Counted from the stretch's first letter, positions 42,191 to 52,109 are shown. The stretch: 64,000 nucleotides of DNA from Candidatus Binatia bacterium (GCA_041496545.1 JBGQET010000011.1:3731-67730), one strand, 5' to 3'. The notes: generated from the letters alone by a model not told the origin. Program-made: numbers and translations.

Positions 42191-42331
42191 TCACGCAGCC
42201 TCGCGGAGAACGCGGGCCGGTGCGGATTGCTTCTCGATCGGGGACTCGGATCGCCGCGAGAACATCAGGACGGCGACGAAGGCGGCCGCGCCCCAGGTGA
42301 GCGGTGCCAGCCAGGCGATGGTTGCGAACAT
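42191..42331 (-). CDS. 46-aa single-TM small protein
   Basis: MFATIAWLAPLTWGAAAFVAVLMFSRRSESPIEKQSAPARVLREAA; SD AAAGGAGAGG. Confidence 0.65.
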   Translation of the reverse strand: MFATIAWLAPLTWGAAAFVAVLMFSRRSESPIEKQSAPARVLREAA

Positions 42332-42390
42332 GTTACCTCTCCTTTCCACGAGTGTCTCGGCACTCGTCGCTCTTCTGGTCCATTCCCAGG

Positions 42391-42406
42391 AGCAACGGGT
42401 GTGCCA
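42391..42406 (-). promoter_or_regulatory. Sigma54 -24/-12 promoter
   Basis: TGGCAC-ACCCG-TTGCT on minus strand. Confidence 0.75.
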
Positions 42407-42639
42407 CGCGCGCCGCACCGCTGGACGCGTGGAATTCCGCCCCGACGATGGTCGAGTGCATTCGATTTTGTGCAGGGTGCAGTGTGAAAATGTTGCAGCG
42501 GGGCGTGGCATCCCGGCCACAGCGAAGACGCCGCACGCCTCGGTACGGCGGTGGCAAGAATGCCCCGCGGCGCGAGCGTGCGCCGTCAGGCGCGGGCTTC
42601 ACGCCCGGAAGCATCACCGTCCTGCCGTAGCGGACGGGT

Positions 42640-43413
42640 TCACTCGTGGCGCGTCGTGATGCCGCCGTCCACCGGGATGACGGCGCCCGTCAGGTACGCC
42701 CCGGCGCGCGAGGCGAGATAGATCGCCGTGCCGGCCATGTCCTCGGGTTCGCCGATCCGGCCCAGCGGGCAGGAGCCGACGATCACGTCACGGAAGCGCT
42801 CGAGGGTCTCGTGCATCATCTTGCTCTCGAACGGGCCGGGCGCGATCGCGTTCACCGTGATGCCGCTCGAGGCGAGCCGATGGGCGAGGACGCGCGTCAG
42901 GTGGTGCACGGCGGCCTTGCTCGACGAGTAGGCGTATGTCTCCAGGGTCGGGACCTGGAGGCCGTCGATCGAGCCGATGTTGATGACGCGCGCCGGGTCG
43001 CCCGGGCGGACCGCTTTCTCGAGCAGCGGCAGGAACGCGCGGGTCAAGTGGAAGACGCTCTTCACGTTCGTGGCGAGGACCTTGTCCCACGCCGCGTCCG
43101 GGTACTCGCCGAGCGGCGCGCCCCAGTTGGTGCCCGCGTTGTTCACGAGGATGTGGAGCGCGCGCTCGCGCGCGGTGACTGCGTCCGCGAGCTGCCGCGC
43201 GCCGCCCTCGGTCGAGAGGTCCGCGGGCACGGAGACGCAGGTGCCGGCGCGCGACAGCTCGGCCGCCACGCGGTCGCATACGTCCGCCTTGCGCGAGGAG
43301 ATGTAGACCTTGGCGCCCGCCTCGACGAAGCCGCGCGCGATCATGAGCCCGATGCCGCGCGACCCGCCGGTCACCAACGCCGTCTTGCCCGCGATCGAGA
43401 AGAGGTCCGTCAT
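42640..43413 (-). CDS. SDR oxidoreductase
   Basis: TGGSRGIG, NNAG, YSSSKAA, NAIAPG. Confidence 0.93.
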   Translation of the reverse strand: MTDLFSIAGKTALVTGGSRGIGLMIARGFVEAGAKVYISSRKADVCDRVAAELSRAGTCVSVPADLSTEGGARQLADAVTARERALHILVNNAGTNWGAPLGEYPDAAWDKVLATNVKSVFHLTRAFLPLLEKAVRPGDPARVINIGSIDGLQVPTLETYAYSSSKAAVHHLTRVLAHRLASSGITVNAIAPGPFESKMMHETLERFRDVIVGSCPLGRIGEPEDMAGTAIYLASRAGAYLTGAVIPVDGGITTRHE

Positions 43414-43518
43414 GGGCGGCGACCATAGCTGCCAGCGGACCGCGAAGGGAAGGACCTCCGCACGACTCCCCCGCCGGCCGCTTGACTGCCGCGCGCCGAC
43501 CCTCCTAGCTTCGGCGCG

Positions 43519-44700
43519 ATGGCGACCTTCCGCTTCCCCGCCGGCTTCACGTGGGGCACCGCGACCGCGGCGCACCAGGTCGAGGGCGGCAACTGGAACA
43601 ACGACTGGTGGATGTGGGAGCACGACCCCGGCTCCCCCTGCCAGGAGCCGAGCGGCGACGCGTGCGACTCGTGGCATCGCTGGCCCGAGGACGTCGGGCT
43701 CCTCGCCGACCTCGGCTTCAACGCCTACCGCTTCTCGCTCGAGTGGAGCCGCATCGAGCCCGAGGAGGGCGAGTTCTCCCGCGCGACGCTCGACCACTAC
43801 CGTCGCATGTGCGCCGCGTGCCTCGAGCGGGGCCTCGAGCCGATCGTCACCTTCCACCACTTCACCACGCCGCGCTGGGTGGTCGCGCGCGGCGGCTGGA
43901 CGGAGCCCGCGACCGCCGACCGCTTCGCGCGCTTCTGCGCCCGCGCGAGCGAGAGCCTCGGCGACGTGATCGGCCGCGCCTGCACGCTGAACGAGCCCAA
44001 CATCGTCGCGACGATGGGCTACCTCTACACGATCTTCCCGCCCGGCGCGCGCGACCCCGAGCTGCGCCGGCGCGCCAACGACGTCCTCATCGCCGCGCAC
44101 CGCATGGCGGTCGAGGCGATCCACGCCGGGCCCGGCACGGCACCCGTGGGGCTCACGCTCGCGATGTCGGACTACCAGGCGCTGCCCGGCGGCGAGGCCG
44201 TGCGCGACCTCTACCGGCGCGACATGGAGGACGTCTTCCTCGAGGCGGCGCGCGGTGACGACTTCCTCGGCGTGCAGTGCTACTCGCGCACGCGCTTCGG
44301 GCCCGAGGGTATGCTCCACCCCGAGCACGGCGTGCCGGTCACGCAGATGGGCTACGAGTTCTGGCCCGAAGCGCTCGGCGCGACCATCCGGCGCGCCGCC
44401 GCCGTGGCTCCGGGCGTGCCGCTCCTGGTCACCGAGAACGGCATCTCGACCGAGCGTGACGCCGAGCGCATCGAGTACGTCGGGCGCGCGCTGCTGAGCG
44501 TCATCGACTGCCTGCAGGACGGGCTCGACGTCCGCGGCTACGTCTACTGGAGCCTGCTCGACAACTTCGAATGGGTCCTCGGTTACCGTCCGACCTTCGG
44601 GCTGGTGGCCGTCGACCGCACGACGCAAGCGCGCACCGAGAAGCCGAGCGCCCACTGGCTCGGGGCGATCGCGCGGGCGAACGCGCTGACCGTCGGCTGA
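43519..44700 (+). CDS. Glycoside hydrolase family 1
   Basis: WGTATAAHQVEG, YRFSLEWSRI, TLNEP, VTENG, WSLLDNFEW; TTGACT-18-TAGCTT promoter. Confidence 0.95.
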   Translation: MATFRFPAGFTWGTATAAHQVEGGNWNNDWWMWEHDPGSPCQEPSGDACDSWHRWPEDVGLLADLGFNAYRFSLEWSRIEPEEGEFSRATLDHYRRMCAACLERGLEPIVTFHHFTTPRWVVARGGWTEPATADRFARFCARASESLGDVIGRACTLNEPNIVATMGYLYTIFPPGARDPELRRRANDVLIAAHRMAVEAIHAGPGTAPVGLTLAMSDYQALPGGEAVRDLYRRDMEDVFLEAARGDDFLGVQCYSRTRFGPEGMLHPEHGVPVTQMGYEFWPEALGATIRRAAAVAPGVPLLVTENGISTERDAERIEYVGRALLSVIDCLQDGLDVRGYVYWSLLDNFEWVLGYRPTFGLVAVDRTTQARTEKPSAHWLGAIARANALTVG

Positions 44701-44730
44701 GGCACTTCCCAAGCAGGCCCGAGAAGGGCT

Positions 44731-46827
44731 ATGGCCCGTAGCATGCGAACCACTGCGATGCTCTCGCTCGTGGCGGCGCTCGCGGCCGCGGTCCCGGCGG
44801 CAGCCGCCGGACGCTTCGTCGTCGGCGCCGCCGCGGCCGACATCACGCCGCCCCTCGCCGCGACCGCCGCCTCGAACCCCGCCGACTGCGACGCGAGCGG
44901 GACCTTCACCGGCCCGCACCTCTTCTCGCTCGAGGAGCCGTACAAGGACCTGAACGGCAACGGCCGCTACGACGCCAACCCGGAGGACGGCGGCCCCGAG
45001 CCGTTCGTCGACTGCCCCACGCCCACCGCGAACGGCGGCGTGCGTCCGCCCGACGCCCGCTGGGACGGCATCTACCTCGACGGCGGCAACGGCCAGAACC
45101 GGATCCCGACGCAGGTGCTCGACCCGATCTGGGCGCGCTCGATCGTCGTCGGCAACGGCACGCACAAGATCGCGATCACGGTCGCCGACCAGGAGGGTGT
45201 CTTCAAGGAGATATGGGACCTCGTCCGCCAGAAGGTGCACGCCGACGGAGGCTTCGGCCTCGACGAGATGTTCATCAGCTCGACGCACGACGAGTCCGCT
45301 CCCGACACGATCGGCATCGGCGGCCCCAATCAGTTCACGTCGGGCGTCGATCCCTTCTACGTCGAGTTCATGGTGGCGCAGACGGCGCGCTCGATCGAGG
45401 ACGCCGCCCGGAACGCGCGCCCGGCGACGATCCGCTTCGGGCAGATCCATCCCGACGACCTGATCCCGTGCCATTCGTCGTACCCGTTCGTCGCGGACGA
45501 GCAGGTGGGGGTCATGCAAGCCCGGGACTCGAAGGGCCGCGTGATCGCGACGCTCATCAACTACGGCATTCACGCCGAGGAGCTGGGCTTCTCCGACGAC
45601 GACCAGGACCGGCTCCACCTCTCCTCCGACTGGCCGCACTTCGCGCGCCAGGCGCTCGAGCAGCGCTACGGCGGCGTCGCGGTGACGATGGCGGGTCCGG
45701 TCGGCTCGGTCGAGATGCCGAAGGTCTTCGACGGCCCCCGCTCCTTCGTTCCCACGGAGACGCACAGCGTGCCGGGCAACGGCGGCTGCCGGACGATCTA
45801 CGACACCGACGGTACCTTCGCGCCCTACGGCTACACGCTCTCCAACGAGCTGCGCGGCGAGCGCCTCGCGACCTGGGCGGGCCGGGCGCTCGACGCCGGT
45901 GCCGAGTCGCGGAGCAACACCATCGCCTTCGCGCGCGAGAGCCTCATCCTCCACCTCGACAACGAGCTCTTCCAGCTCGCCGGCTTGTTCGGCGTCTTCA
46001 CCTACAAACGGACCTACCTGGGTGACGTCCTCCAGCCGCAAGCCCCGAACGGCGCCGAGACCGGCGACTCGTCGAAGACCGACATCGGCTGGTACACGAT
46101 CGGCGACGCGCAGTTCGTCACCGCTCCGGGCGAGGTGTTCCCGTTCACCTACGAGCACGACTTCAGCGGCCCGGCCGACCTCGCGATCCCCCAGTTCGGC
46201 GGCGTGCACGGCTGGGTGCTGGGCGCGATGAGCGGGGAGTGGCGCTTCATCGAAGGCCTCGGCGAGGACATGCTCGGCTACATCTTCCCGCGCTCGAACG
46301 CGGTCGACGTGCCGACCCCCGAGCACCTGATGAACGACCCCGGTGACACCGACCGCTTCGGCTGCGGCCACTCCGACGACGGCGAAGCCGCGGCCGAGAA
46401 CACGGGCGACGTGGTGAACGACGCGCTGATCGCGCTCCTCACCCCCGCGCCCCACCAGCAGGTGCTCGTCGGTCGCTACGTCTGGCCCGACGGCACGCTG
46501 CACCGCAACCCGATCGGCGAAGGCCGCCTCGGCTGCGACGCGGCGTCACGCACCTTCACCCCCGCCCCCGGCGGGGGCGCGGTCGGCGTCTGGGTCCTCC
46601 CCCCCGGCAAGACCGACTTTGCCCCCGGCGTCGGGAACATCTATCGCGTCCGCGACTCCGCCGTCCTCGGCCCCGCCCGCCACCAGGCCCGCTGGATGAA
46701 CGTCCGCGGCCGCCCCCAAGACCAAGCCGGCACCCAGACGCGCGGCGTCTTGGTCGGCAAGCGCCAGCGCGTATGGGTCGACGTCTTCCCGGAAACGAGC
46801 GGCATGACGCGGATCCCGAGCGTCTAG
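44731..46827 (+). CDS. Secreted neutral/alkaline ceramidase-like protein
   Basis: Signal peptide; GAAAADITP, DPIWARS, STHDESAPD, NYGIHAE, TAPGE; EF-hand-like DLNGNGRYD. Confidence 0.65.
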   Translation: MARSMRTTAMLSLVAALAAAVPAAAAGRFVVGAAAADITPPLAATAASNPADCDASGTFTGPHLFSLEEPYKDLNGNGRYDANPEDGGPEPFVDCPTPTANGGVRPPDARWDGIYLDGGNGQNRIPTQVLDPIWARSIVVGNGTHKIAITVADQEGVFKEIWDLVRQKVHADGGFGLDEMFISSTHDESAPDTIGIGGPNQFTSGVDPFYVEFMVAQTARSIEDAARNARPATIRFGQIHPDDLIPCHSSYPFVADEQVGVMQARDSKGRVIATLINYGIHAEELGFSDDDQDRLHLSSDWPHFARQALEQRYGGVAVTMAGPVGSVEMPKVFDGPRSFVPTETHSVPGNGGCRTIYDTDGTFAPYGYTLSNELRGERLATWAGRALDAGAESRSNTIAFARESLILHLDNELFQLAGLFGVFTYKRTYLGDVLQPQAPNGAETGDSSKTDIGWYTIGDAQFVTAPGEVFPFTYEHDFSGPADLAIPQFGGVHGWVLGAMSGEWRFIEGLGEDMLGYIFPRSNAVDVPTPEHLMNDPGDTDRFGCGHSDDGEAAAENTGDVVNDALIALLTPAPHQQVLVGRYVWPDGTLHRNPIGEGRLGCDAASRTFTPAPGGGAVGVWVLPPGKTDFAPGVGNIYRVRDSAVLGPARHQARWMNVRGRPQDQAGTQTRGVLVGKRQRVWVDVFPETSGMTRIPSV

Positions 46828-47333
46828 CCGCGACGTGGCGCGGAGTCTGCTTCCCAATCGTCGCCGGATTCGTGCTCGGCGCCGCCGAGGCCGTGCAGCA
46901 CGCGGACGCAGCTGTTCCAGCGCAGCACGGCGTCGTCGTTGCCGGACGGACGCAGCTTCTCGGCTTCGGCGTAGCGCGCGAGCGCCTGCTCGAAGAGCGG
47001 CAGGATCGAGCGCACGGGGATGTGGAGCGCGACCTGCGCCTTCGCGTGTCGCTCGTGGGCGAGGCCGGTGTAGAAGGCGCGCTCGTAGGCGTCGCGGAGC
47101 TTGCCGAAGACGGCCTGCGCTTCGGCGAAGCGCGTGCCCGCGGCGCCGCGGAACTGGTCGGTGAGCGCGAGGCCGAGGGTGCGCAGCGCGAGCTGATGCT
47201 CGGGCACGACGGCCAGCACGTCGCGGCAGATGCTCTCCGCCTCCGCGGGCTGGTTCAGCTCGCGGTACTTGTCGGCCTTCTGGATGGCGGCCTCGATGCC
47301 GTCGGGGTGGAGCCGCTTCAGCGTGTATTCCAT
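46824..47333 (-). CDS. Helical TPR-like hypothetical protein
   Basis: YRELNQPAEAESICRDVL, LALTDQF, GNDDAVLRWNSCVR; follows sdhB. Confidence 0.8.
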   Translation of the reverse strand: MEYTLKRLHPDGIEAAIQKADKYRELNQPAEAESICRDVLAVVPEHQLALRTLGLALTDQFRGAAGTRFAEAQAVFGKLRDAYERAFYTGLAHERHAKAQVALHIPVRSILPLFEQALARYAEAEKLRPSGNDDAVLRWNSCVRVLHGLGGAEHESGDDWEADSAPRRG

Positions 47334-47340
47334 GGCGTCC

Positions 47341-48093
47341 TCACGCCGGCGCCGGCCGGCCGCGCAGCCAGTGCCACACCCGGCGGACCGGGTCGTAGAA
47401 GTCGTCCACCACGCGCTCCTTCAGCGGGATGATCGCGTTGTCGGTGATGTGGATCGACTCGGGGCACACCTCGGTGCAGCACTTGGTGATGTTGCAGTAG
47501 CCGATGTTGGCTTCGTCCTTCAGGTACGTCGTGCGCGAGCGCGTGTCGAGCGGGTGCATCTCGAGGCCGGCGGCGCGGACGAGGAAGCGCGGGCCGGCGA
47601 AGGCTTTCTGGTCGTGGTCGCGCAGCACGTGGCAGACGTCCTGGCAGAGGAAGCACTCGATGCACTTGCGGAACTCCTGCACGCGGTCGATGTCCACCTG
47701 CTGCATGCGCCAGGTGCCGTCGGGCGCGTCGGGCGGTCGGGGCGTGAAGGGCGGGAGGCGCTTGTTGACCTCGTAGTTCCAGGAGACGTCGGTCACCAGG
47801 TCCTTGATCACCGGGAAGGCCTTCATGGGCGCGATGGTGATGGGCTGGCCGGCCGGGAGCCGGTCCATGCGCGTCATGCACATGAGCTTCGGCTTGCCGT
47901 TCACCTCGGCGCTGCACGAGCCGCACCGCCCCGCCTTGCAGTTCCAGCGGCACGCGAGGTCGCTCGCCTGGTGCGCCTGCACGTGGTGGACGGCGTCGAG
48001 CACGACCATGCCCTCGTGCAGCGGCACCACGAAGTCCTGGAAGGCGCCCGCCGTGCGGTCGCCGCGGAAGATCTTGAGTGTCGCCTCGGCCAT
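47341..48093 (-). CDS. sdhB: Succinate dehydrogenase/fumarate reductase Fe-S subunit
   Basis: CKAGRCGSC, CIECFLCQDVC, CNITKCCTEVCP. Confidence 0.95.
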   Translation of the reverse strand: MAEATLKIFRGDRTAGAFQDFVVPLHEGMVVLDAVHHVQAHQASDLACRWNCKAGRCGSCSAEVNGKPKLMCMTRMDRLPAGQPITIAPMKAFPVIKDLVTDVSWNYEVNKRLPPFTPRPPDAPDGTWRMQQVDIDRVQEFRKCIECFLCQDVCHVLRDHDQKAFAGPRFLVRAAGLEMHPLDTRSRTTYLKDEANIGYCNITKCCTEVCPESIHITDNAIIPLKERVVDDFYDPVRRVWHWLRGRPAPA

Positions 48094-48114
48094 CGTCGGT
48101 CGGGACTCCTTCCC

Positions 48115-48510
48115 TCAGAGCTGATCGGGGTCGTAGCTGTCGAAGTCGAGCTGATGCTCGGGGATGCCGAGCGATCGGCCGTGGGCCTTAGGCTCCTCGT
48201 AGGCGGCCGGCTCGTCGCGCGGCACACGGAAGACGCGGGCGGCGAAGACGACGTAGTGGCTGGAGTCGTTCTTGAAGTCGGCGTACCAGGCGCCGCGCGT
48301 GGCGTCGATGGCGCCGGCGAGTCGGCGCGCGACCGCTTCGGCGCGCGCCGCCGGGATCTCGACGACGTGCATCGTCCACCGCGTGATCCACGGCGTCTGA
48401 TGACGCTCGGTCACGGGCTCCACCCGGGTCTTCACGATCGTCACGTCGGCGAGCACGGCCGGATCCGCCAGGCTCTCCGCGATGATGACGCCCTTGTACG
48501 TGCCGCTCAC
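48115..48510 (-). CDS. Hypothetical protein between sdhA and sdhB
   Basis: GVIIAESL, RWTMH, WYADFKN, GIPEHQLDF; GTGA overlap with sdhA stop. Confidence 0.75.
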   Translation of the reverse strand: MSGTYKGVIIAESLADPAVLADVTIVKTRVEPVTERHQTPWITRWTMHVVEIPAARAEAVARRLAGAIDATRGAWYADFKNDSSHYVVFAARVFRVPRDEPAAYEEPKAHGRSLGIPEHQLDFDSYDPDQL

Positions 48511-50318
48511 GTCTCGCCTTCGAGAATGCGCCGGAGCGGGTCAGGCATGGGCGGGATCGGCTCCTGGACGACGGTCATGCGGTCGCCGTGGCGGCGGACG
48601 ACGACGTTCACGGCGCCGAACGCCTTGTCCGAGTCCGGGAACTCGACGCGCGTGTGCGCGCCGCGGCTCTCGCGCCGCTCGAGCGCCGCGCGGGTCACCG
48701 CTTCGCTCACCGTGAGGAGGTTCTGGAGGTCGAGCGCGGTGTGCCAGCCCGGGTTGTACTGGCGGTGCCCCTCGACCCCGACGCGCTCCGCACGTGCGCG
48801 GAGCTTCTGCAGCTCGGCGAGCGCGGTCTCGAGGTCGTCCTTGCTGCGCGCGATGCCGACGTAGGTGCCCATCATGTCCTGGAGCGCTTCCTGCACGGCG
48901 TACGGGTTCTCGCCGCGGCGCTCGAAGGGCGCGAGGAGCCGGGTGGCGATGGCCTCCACCTCGTCGGTGCGGACGCGCGGGTCGCCGCCGTGCGCCTTCG
49001 CGTACTCGGCGGCGGCGTGACCGGCGCGGCGCCCGAAGACGAGGAGGTCGGAGAGGGAGTTGCCGCCCAGGCGGTTCGAGCCGTGGAGCCCGCCGCCGAC
49101 CTCGCCCGCGGCGAAGAGCCCGGCGACGGTCGCCGCCTGCGTCTCGGGGTGCACGCGGATGCCGCCCATCATGTAGTGCGTGGTCGGCCCCACCTCCATC
49201 GGGTCCTTCGTGATATCGACGTCGGCGAGCTCGTGGAACTGCTGGTACATGCTGGGCAGCTTCTTCCGGATGTCCTCCGGCTTCCGCCGTGATGCGATGT
49301 CGAGCCAGGCGCCGCCGTGCGGGGTCCCGCGGCCCTCGCGGACCTCCTGCGTGATGGCGCGTGCCACCACGTCGCGCGTGAGCAGCTCGGGCGGGCGGCG
49401 GGCCTCGGGGCGGCGGCCGGCGATCACGTCGGCGACCCAGCGGTCGGCCTCCTCCTCGGTGTCGGCGAAGTCGCCCTTGAACATCGCCGGGATGTACCGG
49501 AACATGAAGCGCTCGCCCTTGGAGTTCTTGAGCACGCCGCCCTCGCCGCGCACGCCCTCGGTGATGAGGATGCCGCGCACGCTGAGCGGCCACACCATGC
49601 CGGTGGGGTGGAACTGGACGAATTCCATGCCGATCAGGTCGGCGCCCGCGTCGTAGGCGAGCGCCTGCCCGTCGCCGGTGTACTCCCAGGAGTTGCTGTT
49701 GACCTTGTAGGCGCGGCCGATGCCGCCCGTCGCGAGGACCACGGCCTTGGTGCGGAAGACGACGAAGCGGCCGGTCTCCCGCCGGTAGGCGAACGCGCCG
49801 CTCAAGCGGTCGCCGTCTTTGAGCAGACGCGCGACGGTGGTCTCCATGTAGACGTCGACGTTCGGCTGCTGGACCGTCCGGTCCTGGAGCGTGCGGATCA
49901 TCTCGAGGCCGGTGCGGTCGCCGACGTGCGCGAGACGCGGGTAGGTGTGGCCGCCGAAGTTCCGCTGCAGGATGCGGCCGTCGGTGGTGCGGTCGAAGAG
50001 CGCGCCCCACGCCTCGAGCTCGTTCACGCGCGCCGGCGCCTCCTGCGCGTGCAGCTCCGCCATGCGCCAGTCGTTGACCAGCTTCCCGCCGCGCATGGTG
50101 TCGCGGAAGTGGACCTTCCAGTTGTCGCGCGGGTCGGTGTTGGAGAGCGCGGCGGCGACGCCGCCCTCGGCCATCACCGTGTGGGCCTTGCCGAGGAGCG
50201 ACTTGCAGACGAGCGCGACGGAGGCGCCCTGCGCCCCCGCCTCGATCGCGGCGCGCAGACCCGCGCCGCCCGCGCCGATGACCAGCACGTCGTAGGCGTG
50301 CGACTCGAACTTGTCCAT
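48507..50318 (-). CDS. sdhA: Succinate dehydrogenase/fumarate reductase flavoprotein
   Basis: GAGGAG, AHTVMAEGG, QFHPTG, EGVRGEGG, HYMMGG, HGSNRLGGNSL, RRESRGAH. Confidence 0.96.
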   Translation of the reverse strand: MDKFESHAYDVLVIGAGGAGLRAAIEAGAQGASVALVCKSLLGKAHTVMAEGGVAAALSNTDPRDNWKVHFRDTMRGGKLVNDWRMAELHAQEAPARVNELEAWGALFDRTTDGRILQRNFGGHTYPRLAHVGDRTGLEMIRTLQDRTVQQPNVDVYMETTVARLLKDGDRLSGAFAYRRETGRFVVFRTKAVVLATGGIGRAYKVNSNSWEYTGDGQALAYDAGADLIGMEFVQFHPTGMVWPLSVRGILITEGVRGEGGVLKNSKGERFMFRYIPAMFKGDFADTEEEADRWVADVIAGRRPEARRPPELLTRDVVARAITQEVREGRGTPHGGAWLDIASRRKPEDIRKKLPSMYQQFHELADVDITKDPMEVGPTTHYMMGGIRVHPETQAATVAGLFAAGEVGGGLHGSNRLGGNSLSDLLVFGRRAGHAAAEYAKAHGGDPRVRTDEVEAIATRLLAPFERRGENPYAVQEALQDMMGTYVGIARSKDDLETALAELQKLRARAERVGVEGHRQYNPGWHTALDLQNLLTVSEAVTRAALERRESRGAHTRVEFPDSDKAFGAVNVVVRRHGDRMTVVQEPIPPMPDPLRRILEGET

Positions 50319-51070
50319 CAGACGAGGCGGAGATCGGTAATGACGCCGGAAGCGACGAGCCGGACGTAGAGGTCGGCGCTGCACACGGTGGCGAAGCTGG
50401 TCCATGCGATCGCCATGTGGTGCTCGTTGAGCGCGCTCACGCGCTGCCAGACGCCGTGGCGCGCGCGGGTGCCCGCGGTGCACGAGAAGCAGTCGAGCTT
50501 GCCGCCCACGAGGTGGCGCGCCGAGTGGCAGGAGAAGCTGTAGAGCGTCAGCGCCGTCGTGTTGGCGAGGATGACGAGCGTGCCGACGCCGATGCCGAAG
50601 TGTCCGCCGAAGTTCGTGGCGTTCGCGACGTCGTGCCAGAGGAAGAAGAGGTAGATGAAGGTGATGTAGAAGAGGTAGCGGTGGAGGTTCTGCAGGATGA
50701 GCGGGAAGGCCGTCTCGCCCCGGTAGCCCTTGCCGCGCAGGTCGCCGACCGCGCACGCCGGCGGGTCCAGGAAGTAGGAGCGGTAGTACGCCTTCCGGTA
50801 GTAGTAGCAGGTGGCGCGGAAGAGGACGGGCGGCAGCAGGATGATGAACGACGGCGGGAGCGGCAGCCAGGGCACGACGATCAGCGGCGAGTAGAGCGGC
50901 GAGAGATAGCCGCCCACCTGGTACTGGGCGTTCTGGAAGGCGGCCCAGTTCGCGTAGGTGATCAGCGTGGCGAGCAGCAGCCCCTGCACGAGCGGCGGGA
51001 CCCACCAGAGATCGCGCCGCTCGGTGGCGGCGAAGCCGGTCGGACGAGCTTCGCGGGTCGCGACTGCCAT
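50318..51070 (-). CDS. Sdh1/type F membrane anchor subunit
   Basis: TM helices; FRATCYYYRKAYYR, PPACAV, QNLHRY, SCHSARHLVGG; TGATG overlap. Confidence 0.85.
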   Translation of the reverse strand: MAVATREARPTGFAATERRDLWWVPPLVQGLLLATLITYANWAAFQNAQYQVGGYLSPLYSPLIVVPWLPLPPSFIILLPPVLFRATCYYYRKAYYRSYFLDPPACAVGDLRGKGYRGETAFPLILQNLHRYLFYITFIYLFFLWHDVANATNFGGHFGIGVGTLVILANTTALTLYSFSCHSARHLVGGKLDCFSCTAGTRARHGVWQRVSALNEHHMAIAWTSFATVCSADLYVRLVASGVITDLRLV

Positions 51071-51221
51071 GCGGGCTCCTTCTCGGTGCGGGGAAACGCG
51101 GCGCGACGGAAGATAGTTGAAGCCCCCACGAGGGTGCAAGGTCGTGCTTGACGGGCGCCGCTCGACTGAGCTTCGGCGGAGCGCACTTGGCTCTGCTGCG
51201 CGCTGCCGCTACCTTCGTAGT

Positions 51222-52109
51222 GTGACGGTGGAGCCCGACTTCCCCGGCGCCGTGCCGCCCGAGCGCCGTTCGACGGTCGTGTCGGCGGGGCTCCGGCTCG
51301 GCTGCCTCGAATGGGGCGACCCGGCGGCCCCGCCCCTCGTCCTCTGCCACGGCATGTGGGACCACGCCCGGAGCTTCTCGGTCCTGGCCCCGCTGCTCGC
51401 CCGCCGCTACCGCGTGGTCGCGCTCGACGCCCGCGGCCACGGCGACTCCGACTGGGCCGCCGCCTACTCGTGGCCGAGCGACGTCCGCGACATCGTCGCC
51501 GTGCTCGGTACCCTCGGCCGGCCCGCGCACCTGGTCGGCCACAGCAAGGGCGGGGGCCAGGCGACGGACGCCGCGCGGGTCGCGCCCGACCGCGTGCGTC
51601 GCGTCGTCAACGTCGACGGTTTCGGCCCGCCGCCCTTCGGGCCCGAGGAGCCGCCCGCGCCCGCCCAGCTCGCGAAGTTCCTCGACGCCCGCCGCTCGCT
51701 CGCCGGGCGGAACGGCTGGCGCCCGTACGGCGCCCTCGACGACCTCGTCGAGCGTCGCCGGGTGCAGAACCCGCGCCTCTCGCGCGACTGGCTCCGCTTC
51801 CTCGTCTTCCACGGCGCGCGCGAGGCGGGTGACGGCTGGCGCTGGAAGGCCGACCCGCAGATGACGCACTGGACCGGCCCGTGGCGACCGGAGTGGATCG
51901 CGCTCAGCCACGCGCACGTCCGCGTGCCGATGCTGGCGGTCGTCGGCTCGGAGCCCGACACCTGGGGCCCGCTGCCCGAAGCGGTCCTCGGTCCCCGGCT
52001 CGCCGTCGTGCCGAACCTCACGCGCGTGACGATCCTCGGCGCCGGTCACTTCGTGCACGTCGAGCGCCCCGTCGAGACGGCGGACGCCATCCTGGATTTC
52101 CTCGACTGA
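51222..52109 (+). CDS. Alpha/beta hydrolase
   Basis: CHGMWDH, DARGHGDS, GHSKGG, GHFVHVE. Confidence 0.9.
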   Translation: MTVEPDFPGAVPPERRSTVVSAGLRLGCLEWGDPAAPPLVLCHGMWDHARSFSVLAPLLARRYRVVALDARGHGDSDWAAAYSWPSDVRDIVAVLGTLGRPAHLVGHSKGGGQATDAARVAPDRVRRVVNVDGFGPPPFGPEEPPAPAQLAKFLDARRSLAGRNGWRPYGALDDLVERRRVQNPRLSRDWLRFLVFHGAREAGDGWRWKADPQMTHWTGPWRPEWIALSHAHVRVPMLAVVGSEPDTWGPLPEAVLGPRLAVVPNLTRVTILGAGHFVHVERPVETADAILDFLD

